Shown: positions 49,167-64,000, numbered from the stretch's first letter. The stretch is 64,000 bases of DNA from Pecten maximus (GCF_902652985.1 NC_047016.1:16492001-16556000), one strand, 5' to 3'. Program-made: numbers and translations. The notes: generated by a model not told the origin, from the letters alone.

Positions 49167-52100
49167 AGAACATTTCCAGTCTTTCTGTTATTCCACAGTC
49201 TGATGCTTCATACAATATACAACCAATAATAAATTCAACGATATAAAATTATATTTACTTTCTGTACTGTCTGGGGTTTGTATCTAAATATAGTAGGCGC
49301 CCTCCTCCCAGTGAGTAGGCACTGTCTTCTGAATGTCTGGGTGGACAGAATTGCATCCGCCTTTGAAGTACGACAGGTATAATCTAGGCACATTTCAGAG
49401 GTCAGCTGTTGGCACAGTAACACATACTGTACTACAAAACCATATCATTTGCATGTAGCGGAAAACAAACATTTTTGTTTTTCTGGTAACAATTATGACA
49501 GGTATCCTTCCAACATACATACGACCGATTCTGTCTCCACATCAAACATCATTTTTTAACTTATTATTGTCTTAACTGTGATGACTTTTCCACTATAACA
49601 GTGTAAAGCAGATATTGAACATATCATTTTTTGAAAAATATTTTGGCAAGAAATGTGTAAGCTGATTCCCTAAACTTTCCCCTTCCGTAGTTGAATGGAA
49701 TCTTGGCAAAAGCATAATGTGGCAGGAAGTTTCTTTATTTCCCATTTAAATTCACATCAAATGAGCTATACATAATTATGTGTCTTTTGGCTAGAAATCT
49801 ATAAAAATATGTCTGCCCAGGGAATTCTTATCCAATTAATAAGTAACTAAGTGCGCACATGCGGCCCCTCCTTGAACTGGACATGGGATTAAAGATTCTA
49901 GCTGACCCTGATGTATGATTAAAGCTTCCCAATGAACCAGCTGATCTCTATCATTTTCGAATCGAAACTAATTACCCAACTTGATTTCTCCTTCTGACAC
50001 AATAGAGAGACTATCTTTTGAGTTTTCACAAGACTCATATCTGGGGTCAGAGAAGGAATTTATTAAAACTTCTTATTGGACCATATTCATGCTTGTCACT
50101 GAGGCATACATTGGGAGTAATGAACCTTTGTGCACCTCTCTAGTGGCAAATCGGCCGTGAAATTGTGAGATGAAATTCTGTTCGATTCCAATCCTAGGAA
50201 ACTGTCAATCTCTCGACCAGATAAAATGTGATCTGGCACCCTGTATACCCTTTTCATGTCCTGTCTCATGAACGAATCAACCTTCGCTAAAAAAACCCAA
50301 TCTTATGGCTCTATGACTGTTGGATATTTCCAATATGGACAGTGTGTTTTTGTGCAGTCCTAACTTTCAATAAAGCTGTATTGAACACGGATTCTTGTCT
50401 CCCACAAAAACAAGTTTCTATGTTTTCTCCGCTAAGCCTTTGTAGGGATACGTTATCATACATAGTACACAGACACCCTGTATGTAACAGACCTGCTCAC
50501 TATTTAAAGCCATTTTTAATCTTATCCTCTAAATCAAATCTTCGGCATGAAAATGTCATTACAAAGTTATGCACATTCCTTGTATAAAAACTTCTCCTAC
50601 AATGCAATTCACTTTCGTGTCTGATCGGAATAAAAAAAAACAAATACCAAAGAGGGAAGGTCTTGTATAGATCAGTGATATTAATGAATGGTTGAGATGT
50701 CTTTAACATAAAGGTAAAAACATACAGTGTGGTCCGTTAAATAACAAAGCATCAAAGTTAAACTTAAAGAAATATTCAACATGCACAAAAGGTGGGTTTT
50801 TTTATCGAAATAAAATGACTTGCTAAAACACGAATAAATAAGAGACCATTGTTGGCATTAGGACACATACATTTTCTTTCATTACTTAAATGAAGATGTC
50901 AGCAAGACTACCGTACTGAATACTAACAAAATGCTATGTCATTTTTAGAATGTGTTTAATCTCAAGTTTTTTTTTGTTTCGAACCCGTTTCTGGCTCTCA
51001 ATCTCAATTAAAGCTTCTATCGTCTATCTGACATTTTGAATATATTCTTCTAAAGTTCAGAAGGCAACAAAATGTGTTTAATCATTCTCAAAACATTTAC
51101 AATACTTTTCCAACAGGTGTAAAAAGTTTCTAATTAATTTCTGTACAACTTTAAACTACAAATCTTCAGTAGTCAAACACAATCTACATGGGTAAAAACT
51201 TACACCGTGTACATAGTGTATTTATTTGTTTTGTATTTATTTATTTATTTATTTATCTATTTATTTATTTATTTATTGCATTTTAGCAATTACCTGTGCC
51301 ATTTTTAAAACTGACTTGATCACATACATGTACCAACAACTTACAAACTCTCACTATGTACTAATTAAAACATCTGTATCACTGATTTATAATTTATGGC
51401 TTAAAAACATATTGTTTTTATCTTTTAAACACCCTAGAGGTATGAAGTCAGATTGATTTTGGAATTTCTTCATAATTTCAAATTTATTTTTAAAAAAAGA
51501 AAGGAAATTCAGTACTGGTTAAGCTTAAAGAAAAATAATCTTAAAAGTTCACAAAGAATTATTATCTATGCAAAATTGATTACTTTTCTTTTTATGTGTG
51601 ATAGTTTTTATTTCTTATAACAATAAAATGATTTTCTTTTTATCCTGATGATATTTGCAACTGAATATGTTTTTTTTCTTTGTGAGAAAAACAGGGTTTA
51701 GGGTGACAAAGCCGACTAGACTAGACAAGACAGGCGGCTATAGATTGCTTCTAGTTTCTGATTTCCACAGAGAATACCTTTATCTACTCATAGTGCCTTC
51801 CCAGATTGAGAAATATAATTGACTTCTCTCACAAGTGTTGTTGCATGACTTTAACTTGAATCTTTTAGAGTAAATATATTTCAACCACATTTCCCCATTT
51901 TCTAATACGTCTACGGTTTAAGGTTCCATCACCTGATCAAAGTCGAAGGATAGTTTGTGAAACTGTTCACAATCAAGTTGTATAATACAACAAGGAAGAT
52001 CAACCTACCTTTAGCCCTGCATGTGTTTTTTTTTTTAAACTAATTTGTAAGAATAGATGTGAAATTTAAGCATAATTATACTGGTTCTTTTTTCAGACAA

Positions 52101-53301
52101 ACATCCCAGTTATACTCTAGTTTTCTGGTTTATCATATAGGTTCTGTGTTGTGGTGATTATGGAAAAGTTATTTTCAAAATAAAAAGAAATCTCGAAGCA
52201 AGAATATATTTTGAAATGATACGCAAACAAGTTTACACATAGAGCATGACCAAGACCAGTACAATATACAGTATACACCAGCTGGCTGGGGAACGTTGAG
52301 AGTGTCCACTCTAATCCAACACCTATTGTTATCATTACTTTATCAACAGGATCAATTTCATTTGACGCTCCACAAATCTGTACTGGAGTTGTATCAGAGG
52401 AAATAAAGATTGTGTATAGGGGCCATCATGACCTCTCTGTGTTAGGACCAGAGGTCAGTGAATCCAGCTCAACAATATGTTTTATGGTTAATGATGAGGA
52501 TGATTAAATTCAGATTCGTCATGATTTCCCTAGATCTTACTAAAGGTTCTTGCTCTCTGACTTTTCATCAATACCATACTTAGTGTTCTCGTTATCTTAG
52601 TTCAGATGTGTAGTGACTAGTTATCAAAACAATAAATATAATCTCCACCAATTATCAATACAATAGAGATAACAGAGAAATATTCCAGGGTCAATGTACT
52701 TTTAAACTGATGTTGATATATATCGAAACTGAACATGGAATCTTCTTGTTCTACTGTATCATTTTTTGTTTTTGTTTCTATCAAGTTATTTCCACACATT
52801 TCTGACAGTAAAATACTTCAAATTGGTGTACATTTGTATCTGTAATTATCTAAATTAATCATGTTTTAGCATACATATTGTTGAAGTTTGCTAGGGTAGG
52901 TATTCCACTGAAGCCCAGGCCGTTAATCATAATTCTGGTGTACCAATAGATCATAAACAGAAGTAATTTATTTTGAGGTACTTTTCATCCAAATCCATCA
53001 TGTCCCTGCCAGGCCACTAGTGTGGCCTCTCGTACGTGTGCTGTCTGCTATATCTCCACTATGGTGGCTAAGACTTGAGCCACAATATCACACTTGCAGT
53101 GTAATGATAGCATCCTCAACATTTTCTTGGCTGCCAAAGTGTACTCAGCTTCATGACATGAGAATTCTGTCTTGTGAAAAACTTTTAATGATATTTAGTG
53201 ATATCTCAGAGACAGATTCAATGTAAAACCTTAAATATTGATAGAAGTTTATACTAAATCTTTGCAGAAGTTTTTATATACCAAAAAAAGTTTCTTAGAA
53301 T

Positions 53302-53464
53302 TTATTTCTGAGATAATTGTACCTATATTTCTGAGATAATTGTACCTATATTTCTGAGATAATTGTACCTATATTTCTGAGATAATTGTACCTATATTTC
53401 GGAGATAATTGTACCTATATTTCGGAGATAATTGTACCTATATTTCTAAGATAATTGTACCTAT
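53302..53464. repeat. 23-bp tandem repeat x7
   Basis: Unit TATTTCTGAGATAATTGTACCTA. Confidence 0.93.
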
Positions 53465-55403
53465 ATCTCACATAGTTAGAGGAAAACTAGTATACTTCAA
53501 TGGTCAGTTCCACTTCCCAAAATGAACCGTAACAAACTAATCAGTATTAATTCATAAAGAAAGCCTCTCATGTTTGTCGAGTGTTATTGGACTGCACCAA
53601 GAGTATGTGATGATTTCGAGAGATTTTAATGATGTCGAGTGTTATTGGACTACACCAAGAGTATGTGATGATTTCGAGAGATTTTAATGATAACTGGTTA
53701 TCGTACAGTGACATTTCTTATTGATAGATTGATTATTGATGAATGAAACAGGATCAGAACGTAACAAAAACTTGGAAATTGCCATGTTACAAAACGCACT
53801 CCATGTCATGGGCTCGACATTCCTATCTGAAAAGACATGACCTCGATTTTGATAAAAGTTGACAGCTCATGATATTTTTTACCTTCAAGAACAAATGATG
53901 TTTTTTCAGGCAGGTAAGTCGCCATGGGTAGGTAGTGAAGCACATGGAAGTTAATTAATTTTCACCTGGTTTTCACCTGTTTGGGCATCAATCACTCCCT
54001 GACAGGTATGCTTATCATTATAAAAAGCTCAGGAGCTGAAAGGCCAATCCTACCTAGTACCTAATTATATAGGCACACTATGAAATACCAGATTAAATTC
54101 ACAGCCTTTTTTTGACTACAATATCAAGTGTAGATATGTTGTTATTAACACTTCCAAACACCAAATTATATTGTCATTCTTACTTTTAAACATGCTGGGC
54201 CAAGATGGATGATTTAATCAAAGGTTGTCAACTCCAACAACACAAAAATATCAAATTCAAAAAATGATTGAAATTCATTTTAATGGAATTCAAATATACT
54301 AAATGGATAGATTAATCTATGTTAAAAGTTTAGCAACAGACATTTCTGATTTTATAAAACTCCAAAGGAGGATGATGAATGAGGGACAGTTAGAGAGAGG
54401 GAATCAAGGTGATAGAGCCCAAGGACAAGGTTAAAATTTCAACAGTAACAGTAATTTATCATCATTAGTAAGAGCTCCTATCATTAATCCTATCCTTGAC
54501 TTCCTAAGAGCTCATAACAAGCTTCAAGGTTAACAGGTGACAAGTTGGTCCTGGTCAACAATGGTCACCATACATGTTGGTGGCGAATGATCTCAACCAC
54601 CATTTCCTTAACCATGAGTGACTCTGGTTAACCAAAACAGTACTCTATTCAATAAATACTGCAAGGACAGAAACTAAGGAAGTAGGATCAGGATTTAGGG
54701 GAACAACATTTGGGACACCAAAGATGACAAACGGACTGGCGTGAGATCTGTGCTGCAGAGTGTTGCTGTCAGTAAGGCTTTGTGAAGTCTATAAGCCGTT
54801 ACTATCACCATGGATATGCCATGAATACAGCCATTCGTCTCTGTCCAGACACCGCTGGACATAATGTCATTAGGATAAGTGATTTACCTCCCTTGAATTT
54901 TCAGACTTTTCTCAGAGCTTTGTCAGACTTTATAGGCTTAACATGTCAGATTGAATAATACTGGTCAGTCCAAACTGGCCCACATCAATGCCTGTTATAA
55001 AAAAACTTCCAGGCTTGGGGTTTCCAAAATAGGATCAATCCTATCCTTGTCTTTCCAACCTGACATCTTAAACCTTGGTAACATTCTAGCCAGTTCAAAC
55101 TGGACATTTCCAGAACTGGATATCTCCTAAACAGGACACGAGAACTGATATGAAAATACTGTTATTTATTTCAAAGAATTAATTTTTTGCAGTTTGATAA
55201 AATTCTGAAGAAAGGATGCATTGATTAAATGATTTATGAAACAGACCGTAATTTTATTTTCTGCTTTTATTAACAAGGTATCAATTTTTTTGTGAAATAT
55301 TCTCCCTATAAATCTAACCTTTTGATATCAACAACTGCCATACTAATGATCAATTGTGATTATTAAGACTTGTTTGCATTTTTTCTTCTATAATCATCCT
55401 TAC

Positions 55404-55545
55404 CTGTCCATTGCCAAAACGACCTTGAACTTCAACCTTGGTAATGACGGTCAGTTGGTCAAGGTCAATTTGGAGATATTCATAGGAATCCATGGTTATT
55501 TGTTCTTTTGGACACCATGCTCCACCACTGATCTCTTGTCGGATT
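55404..55545 (-). CDS. DDR: DDR discoidin domain exon (most 5' exon found)
   Basis: ttctag|A ATC...CAG|gtaagg. Encodes IRQEISGGAWCPKEQ...EYLQIDLDQLTVITKVEVQGRFGNGQ. Confidence 0.95.
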
Positions 55546-57001
55546 CTAGAAAGACAGAAAAGAAAAAAAATTGAACTGCTTGGCCAGGAAAAGAATGAAA
55601 ACAATTTTATATATGATGATGATACACTCTTAATGATATAATCCCAGAAGTATACAATGTAAACCTGTTATAATTCTAACATTATTATAGTTTTTTACAT
55701 GTTTACACAAAACATAATTATACATCTTCATTTTTCTTTCCTGAATCTTTTTCCCCATTCTAAGATATATTTCTATCTAATATGAGCATCTACCGTAGTG
55801 TTGAAAGTACATGTCACAGCCTATATCTGTAGGAGGCGTACCAGGAAGTTTAGCACTAATATCTCCTATTTACAGGTTCTAGAACATTCTCTGATTGAAG
55901 CTTCAGATATGATACCAATATTTTTGCAAAGAGTGATAGACGACCGATTAGTTTTCTAAACATAGACACCTTGGTCCACTCTGCTAGAGGAGCTTTTTAC
56001 AAATCTCAATATGTTACATGGAACTTGATTGGCCAAACTGATTTCAATATGAAAAAGAACATGAATCTGATTGGTCAAGCAGTAATTATATAATACTAAT
56101 TACTTAATCTAAAAATTTATGATATTAAATTAATCTGTTTGGTCAAATTGAATTATCCTGTGCAAAAGCTTGAATATTTGTAGGTAAGACAGATTATAAA
56201 TGTCTGAATAAAAAAAAAAAAAATAAATAAATGTCTGAATGCTGTAAAACACTAAATAAATTCAATAAATTCATATAATTTTATTCCAAAAGATGTAAAT
56301 AAATGTGAGATGTCTATAGCCATATGGTTATAATTTAACCTGTTTCACTATCCAAGTTGACTTCATGATATCACCATTATGGAGAAGGATGATGACAGGC
56401 TGTCAATAAGTATGATACTTTAAGCTAGGCTTTCTTAACAGCAAGGCTCAGAGCAAGCTAGTGCCACTAAATCTCTACTACAACACTCAACCAAAAATCT
56501 CCTCCTCAACTAGTACTGCACAAATCAATAGTCTTCTAACAAAAGAGTCACCAGGCACGGAAAAATGGCGGCAGGAGATTGCAGCAACATTCCGTATTGA
56601 CACAGGGCACAAATGTCTAATGGAAAACTTGTTAAAAAGAAATTGGCAAATTTTCCACTTTGCCCTCCTGTGCCATGTAAATCTATTATTCACTTAAAAT
56701 CTATTCACCTGATGGCCATGTGTGGTAAGAACCACAGTAGACACAGGTGATATCTATGGCCATGTGTGGTAGGAACCACAGTAGACACAGGTGATATCTA
56801 TTGCCACCTCTCTTGTTATCTAACATCCTTCTTTGTAATCATTCAATGCCATCTAATATTTTCTACAACAATTAAAATACTTAATAAGTACTACTTCAAA
56901 ATTGAAGGGTTTTAACACAGAATAAATCGTAAATACCTCAACATGTGAGTGCTATAGTATGCAGAATGAGGAAGAGAGATATGGAGTGTAGCCTTCAGCA
57001 A

Positions 57002-57275
57002 GGGCCACAAAGTCAGGAGGGGCCACCAAGCCAGGAGGGGCCACAAACCAGGAGGGGCCACCAAGCCAGGAGGGGCCACCAAGCCAGGAGGGGCCACAAA
57101 CCAGGAGGGGCCACAAACCAGGAGGGGCCACCAAGCCAGGAGGGGCCACAAACCAGGAGGAGCCACAAACCAGGAGGGGCCACCAAGCCAGGAGGGGCCA
57201 TCAAACCAGGAGGGGCCATCAAGCCAGGAGGGGCCACAAAGCCAGGAGGGACCACCAAGCCAGGAGGGGCCACAA
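57002..57275. repeat. 18-bp GC-rich tandem repeat (~15 copies)
   Basis: Unit CCAGGAGGGGCCAC(C)AA(G/A). Confidence 0.93.
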
Positions 57276-58038
57276 AACCCAAAATTTCTTACACCTGTTA
57301 TTGGACTACATCAAATACCATTTCTATACTGTCAAACACACCATACTTCACAACCAGTCAATAGTTCCCTTGTAAAACTATTTTGTTGATATCTAAACTT
57401 TTAGGAGTATGGCCTTGGACAGTTTCTCAACAGTTTTGCCAAAACAACTTGAGGTTGACGTCCAATGTCCTGATGTGCATTGGCATTCATGGATAAGTTT
57501 GAGAGCGACATTTTTTTTATTTACTTTCCGTTTATAATACAGATAACATGTTCTCATGCCGCTTTTCAAACCTCTTGTTTTGTCTTGTTACTCCATCTTG
57601 TAAACAGTTGAGCATATACCATTCCCTGTATCACTTAACATTGCAATGCTACAAGGTCTATTTTTTGTTATGAATCTATAAGAAATAACATAGTGATATG
57701 GGACATGAAACAGACGAAACACATGGGTAGTTAGGTCTATAATCTCCATCATTAACCGCGACAACTGTTACTTCAAATGTTTATTATTAATATAAAACGA
57801 GGCAGTGAGATCACAAATTACGTCTCCTTGGTGTTGGATGTACAGCATTACAGGATGGAATCTCAATTTCTCTCGTGTGATCTGCTGACATCATGTGATA
57901 GCTGTTAATATCGGTAAAACGGTACCGATACTGTTGTGAGATGTACTGCTACATAAAGTGGTTGTGTAATGGCTGTATACTTAATTGGTATCTGTAGTAA
58001 GAAAGTAGAGAGGTACATTTATACTGAGGTAATAGTGT

Positions 58039-60836
58039 GAGGGACTGGATAAGATACTCGGCTACAGTTCTGAGGGACAGTATGAGGGGAGGACTGGATA
58101 AGATACTTGGTTATAGTTCTGAGGGACAGTATGAGGGGAGGACTGGATAAGATACTTGGTTATAGTTCTGAGGGACAGTATGAGGGGAGGACTGGATAAG
58201 ATACTCGGTTAGAGTTCTGAGGGACAGTATGAGGGGAGGACTGGATCAGATACTGTTATAGTTCTGAGGGACAGTATGAGGGGAGGACTGGATAAGATAC
58301 TTGGTTAGAGTTCTGAGGGACAGTATGAGGGGAGGACTGGATAAGATACTCGGTTACAGTTCTGAGGGACAGTATGAGGGGAGGACTGGATAAGATACTC
58401 GGTTAGAGTTCTGAGGGACAGTATGAGGGGAGGACTGGATAAGATACTTGGTTAGAGTTCTGAGGGACAGTATGAGGGGAGGACTGGATAAGATACTCGG
58501 TTAGAGTTCTGAGGGACAGTATGAGGGGAGGACTGGATAAGATACTCGGTTAGAGTTCTGAGGGACAGTATGAGGGGAGGACTGGATAAGATACTCGGTT
58601 AGAGTTCTGAGGGACAGTATGAGGGGAGGACTGGATAAGATACTCGGTTACAGTTCTGAGGGACAGTATGAGGGGAGGACTGGATAAGATACTCGGTTAC
58701 AGTTCTGAGGGACAGTATTAGGGGAGGACTGGATAAGATACTTGGTTACAGTTCTGAGGGACAGTATGAGGGGAGGACTGGATAAGATACTCGGTTAGAG
58801 TTCTGAGGGACAGTATGAGGGGAGGACTGGATAAGATACTCGGTTACAGTTCTGAGGGACAGTATGAGGGGAGGACTGGATCAGATACTCGGTTACAGTT
58901 CTGAGGGACAGTATGAGGGGAGGACTGGATAAGATACTCGGTTACAGTTCTGAGGGACAGTATGAGGGGAGGACTGGATAAGATACTCGGTTACAGTTCT
59001 GAGGGACAGTATGAGGGGAGGACTGGATCAGATACTCGGTTACAGTTCTGAGGGACAGTATGAGGGGAGGACTGGATAAGATACTCGGTTACAGTTCTGA
59101 GGGACAGTATGAGGGGAGGACTGGATAAGATACTCGGTTACAGTTCTGAGGGACAGTATGAGGGGAGGACTGGATAAGATGCTCGGTTACAGTTCTGAGG
59201 GACAGTATGAGGGGAGGACTGGATAAGATGCTCGGTTACAGTTCTGAGGGACAGTATGAGGGGAGGACTGGATAAGATACTCGGTTATAGTTCTGAGGGA
59301 CAGTATGAGGGGAGGACTGGATAAGATACTCGGTGACAGTTCTGATGGACAGTATGAGGGGAGGACTGGATAAGATACTCGGTGACAGTTCTGAGGGACA
59401 GTATGAGGGGAGGACTGGATAAGATACTTGGTTAGAGTTCTGAGGGACAGTATGAGGGGAGGACTGGATAAGATACTCGGTTAGAGTTCTGAGGGACAGT
59501 ATGAGGGGAGGACTGGATAAAATACTCGGTTACAGTTCTGAGGGACAGTATGAGGGGAGGACTGGATAAGATACTTGGTTAGAGTTCTGAGGGACAGTAT
59601 GAGGGGAGGACTGGATCAGATACTCGGTTAGAGTTCTGAGGGACAGTATGAGGGGAGGACTGGATAAGATACTCGGTTAGAGTTCTGAGGGACAGTATGA
59701 GGGGAGGACTGGATAAAATACTCGGTTACAGTTCTGAGGGACAGTATGAGGGGAGGACTGGATAAGATACTCGGTTAGAGTTCTGAGGGACAGTATGAGG
59801 GGAGGACTGGATAAGATACTCGGTGACAGTTCTGAGGGACAGTATGAGGGGAGGACTGGATCAGATACTGTTATAGTTCTGAGGGACAGTATGAGGGGAG
59901 GACTGGATAAGATACTCGGTGACAGTTCTGAGGGACAGTATGAGGGGAGGACTGGATCAGATACTGTTACAGTTCTGAGGGACAGTATGAGGGGAGGACT
60001 GGATAACATACTCGGTGACAGTTCTGAGGGACAGTATGAGGGGAGGACTGGATCAGATACTGTTATAGTTCTGAGGGACAGTATGAGGGGAGGACTGGAT
60101 AAGATACTCGGTTACAGTTCTGAGGGACAGTATGAGGGGAGGACTGGATAAGATACTCGGTTACAGTTCTGAGGGACAGTATGAGGGGAGGACTGGATCA
60201 GATACTCGGTTACAGTTCTGAGGGACAGTATGAGGGGAGGACTGGATCAGATACTCGGTTACAGTTCTGAGGGACAGTATGAGGGGAGGACTGGATAAGA
60301 TACTCGGTTACAGTTCTGAGGGACAGTATGAGGGGAGGACTGGATAAGATACTCGGTTAGAGTTCTGAGGGACAGTATGAGGGGAGGACTGGATAAGATA
60401 CTCGGTTAGAGTTCTGAGGGACAGTATGAGGGGAGGACTGGATAAGATACTCGGTGACAGTTCTGAGGGACAGTATGAGGGGAGGACTGGATAAGATACT
60501 TGGTTAGAGTTCTGAGGGACAGTATGAGGGGAGGACTGGATAAGATACTCGGTTACAGTTCTGAGGGACAGTATGAGGGGAGGACTGGATAAGATACTTG
60601 GTTACAGTTCTGAGGGACAGTATGAGGGGAGGACTGGATAAGATACTCGGTTAGAGTTCTGAGGGACAGTATGAGGGGAGGACTGGATAAGATACTCGGT
60701 GACAGTTCTGAGGGACAGTATGAGGGGAGGACTGGATAAGATACTCGGTTACAGTTCTGAGGGACAGTATGAGGGGAAGACTGGATAAGATATGCTACTA
60801 CAGGAGGGACAGTATGAGGGGAGGACTGGATAAGAT
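58039..60836. repeat. 49-bp minisatellite (~57 copies)
   Basis: Unit GAGGGACAGTATGAGGGGAGGACTGGATAAGATACTCGGTTACAGTTCT. Confidence 0.97.
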
Positions 60837-63800
60837 ATGCTACTACAGGAGGAACAGTATCTTTTTTCTTTTCTCAATGATCTCAGTTTTTCATTGTTTT
60901 ATCAAATATTAGAAGCAAACATGACTTATATTCACACAATTTTGACACAGCTATGCCATCATTTTTTTATATTCAAACTATACATTTTGTGTTTTTATTC
61001 TATCCTTGAAAAAAAATCAACTTTGATTAATAGTAATCTAGGATAAGATTCATGGATCCATCATCTCCGATGGTGGAGAAACTGACCTAGATTTGTCAAC
61101 ACCTTCCAGTGCCCTAAATGTACACATCTTTCTCTCCATATAACAATCAGTAGCTAATTACTTGCTATTTCAGATATGTGACCTTTTTATCATATTTCTT
61201 TATCAATCTGTCAAAAATTCAGACTAAAACACTAGCATTATCTATGGCGGTGAACTCCGGACTTCCTACCCCATTCAGTATATGTATCAGACTATATCTT
61301 GGAAACTTTCCAGTCAGGGTGGAATTGTAATGCCAATTAATTAATGGTTCCGCCTTTTTTTATCACTCAAGAATGGCTTTACTAGTGTGAAAGGTTCAAG
61401 ATAAAAACCTATATATATAATTTATCTTTCCCTTAACTTATCTTTGACTTTTTGAGTGACATTTACGCATAAGAAATGGCATTTTAGGTAATAGCACCAA
61501 AGGAAAAAAACGCAAACTTTGTTTTTTTCAGTTGATAAAGAAACCTTCTACTCCGTAGGAACTAATTCTCTTGTAAAATGTTTTCTGAGTTTTGTTTATT
61601 CCTAAAACATTTTCACCAGTCAAGTTTAGTTCGGTTTTTTTTGACAAAAATCTACAGCTGCCAAAAACATGTGAATATCTCAAGATTCAGTCAGTTCAGA
61701 TGTAAGATATGTATTCAGGCGCTTACAATCTCAGAAACAACAAATTGTAGGAAACAAGATGCCTTAGGTCATTTTAAAACTGTACGAACTAAAACTGATA
61801 TGTGCTCACAAATGTGGATTCTTAAAGAAAGTAGTACGGCGATACCTACACCTGATAAGTGCCATAGAGAACGAAAAGTGTGGATTAAAGTACAGCAGTC
61901 ATTGAAAAAATCTCCTCAGAGATGGAGAAAAGTCTCCAGTGATATGGATGTGAAGGAAGTCACCAGCAGTGCTAGTGAAGTACATAACGATAATGATGAA
62001 GATAAAGGGGAGGATAATGAGAATGATAGTGGTGAGATGGATAATGGTGGCACTTGTTTTTATTATACAAATACCTAGAGACCAAGAGTACTGCTAAAAG
62101 TTCTCATTAATGCAGAGGTTACATTTTATCTCTGAAACATTAGACATCTATACTGCTAACACTATACCCTAAAATATACCTGACATTTCAGTACCATAAA
62201 GCAAATTGCTTTAACATTTTCAATCCAATTTAGGATAATAATAGGGTGAGTTCAGACATGATGTAGTCATTTTCAACTAATATGAAGTGTAATTTAATAT
62301 TTCTCCAATCTCAAGAAAAAGTAGAATAGTAAATTGATTCCTTCATCAACTGTAACCTTCCTGGTCCTATACCCTGTTGCCATGAATTCTGAAATTACAA
62401 ATGTTTATGACCTGGCGATGACATCATTAAGACCACTGAACAACTCTAAACCACGGTCATGCGAGGCGGCGAACATTGGTCGTCTGTTTGTCTGAAACTA
62501 AACCTCACATGCCACAGCCTATCCAGTCTGTAAGAGCCTAAAATGAGCTTTCATCTCATCATTGTCTTCAGGAAGATATCACAACTATTGCAGTAAACTC
62601 AATTTCGAATTTCATTACTGCTGCCGTTCAATTTCGTTCCTCAGAGAGAGCGTGGTCGATATCAGGTTTTGTTTCAATTTTGTGGCTTAATGATTCTGCC
62701 TACAAGTCTATTGATGCCTTTCATCACATCTGAAGAGTAGCACCAAAGGGGGATCATTCTGTTCAAAGGGAGATTATCACCACCAAATGTTAGAAGTGGG
62801 TTGAAATCTGCCTTTTAATTTAATACAAAAGAGTTATTTATATGACAAGGGAGATAACCTGTTCAAAACGACACATACAGAAGAAAAAGGTAGGAATAAA
62901 GACTGCTCACATCAAGGAACGTGTTATTGCCATGAAAGATGTATGACAAAATTAACATGGACTCTAATCAAAACAGAAGGGTCGTTCTCCGTACTTACAT
63001 CGATTATCTATTGTTTACCAAGTTGTGTGTGTTGAACCTAGAATTAGACACAATTCTCCTTTTGTACAAGATACCCCTCAAATTCCATTGCCCTGCATCA
63101 TCCATACACTCAGCATAAACAATCACCAGATGGCAATCGTGTTAGCTTTAGTAATATGAATTAAGAAAAAAAGGTGTCGGAAAATTTTATGGAAATTTTG
63201 ACATTTTATCACATACTCATCTTTCACTGGAAAAAACTTTCAATATGATTGGCCCATCATTTAAAATTGTCTCCAATAAAGATTTGTAGATAGATGGGAC
63301 CTTCTGGACACAATTTGAAACTAACAAGGCTCACTGTATAATGTCTGGTGTCTTATCTCAGGAAGACATGCATGCAGAAATTGGCTGCACCGCAACTTAA
63401 CCATCAACATGAAATGTTGAATTTTTATATACAGCCTAAAAACTGACAGAATGGCACGATCTCCTAGTGCCAGTAGTTTTTTCCCTAGAGACTCTTGTAA
63501 CAGATAATGTTGTTTCTAGTTGTGTCGTTTCTCCTTCCCAGACAAGATCCACTCCAGAGACAGCCATCCCGAGACCAGAACAATGGAGGACATTTAAAAT
63601 GTAGTGGGTTTGAATTGGTCCAAGACAACCCCTCCCCAAGGTGGAATTGTACTGAACTCATTCACCCTACAAATCTATTTCAGTAGGAAAAAAACCAATA
63701 AAAACATCAGATTTTAACTCCATAATAGAATTCTATGAAAATTACTGCTATTATCTTATTTAAAGACATTAACAGTAAAAACCAACAGTTTCCTGAAACT

Positions 63801-64000
63801 AAAATTACCAGGTAGAGAATGAAATATATTCATGAATACGTGAAAAGTTCTAACAATATTTAAGAGAGATTCTGAGAGTAGAGGGGTGTTGGAACCATGA
63901 AGGAACATTAGTTTGTTATTTTACATTCTGCTGTAAAAAAAACTACCAGATCAATAACAGAATTATTTTTAAAACTAGAAAATGTCTATAAGATATAAAT

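Noticed and set aside
56912-57364. Collagen-like or PGG-repeat ORFs
   Set aside because: Translations of the 18-bp GC-rich repeat in several frames.
1-60836. Tandem arrays as CRISPR loci
   Set aside because: Head-to-tail units with no unique spacers, no cas genes, and a spliced eukaryotic context.
61578-62078. 166-aa ORF with an acidic tail
   Set aside because: No recognisable domain. It may be a transposon relic, but that cannot be supported without a search.
63436-63639. Missing DDR N-terminal exon (CSGLGM resembles C..PLGM)
   Set aside because: It lacks the following I.D..I.ASS motif and suitable splice sites. The 5' exons probably lie beyond the window.

Overview
This is AT-rich, intron-rich animal genomic DNA, most likely from a bivalve mollusc; that assignment is inferred from the cGLR type, the V-SINE, Helentron-like elements and dense minisatellites. 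Three protein-coding genes were reconstructed by hand using GT-AG boundaries and phase checks. (1) The last nine coding exons of Drosha lie on the + strand (2067-20066) and cover the end of RNase IIIa, all of RNase IIIb and the dsRBD. (2) An intact 685-aa Mab21/cGAS-like receptor (cGLR) with C-terminal TPR-like helices lies on the - strand (5356-7413). It is nested antisense in the 9.4-kb Drosha intron that splits the RNase IIIa motif, and a cluster of NF-kB/STAT-like sites lies upstream of it in the same intron. (3) Eleven coding exons of a discoidin domain receptor tyrosine kinase lie on the - strand (28718-55545), convergent with Drosha; its 5' exons were not found in the window. The DDR transmembrane exon has one extra base, giving a premature stop before the kinase domain. 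Most long ORFs in the track are minisatellite artefacts. Other notable items are a roughly 37-bp stem-loop in a Drosha intron, tandem copies of a Drosha splice donor, a cGLR 3' region built from tandem copies of its own stop-codon segment, and five tandem CTCF-like sites between the convergent genes.
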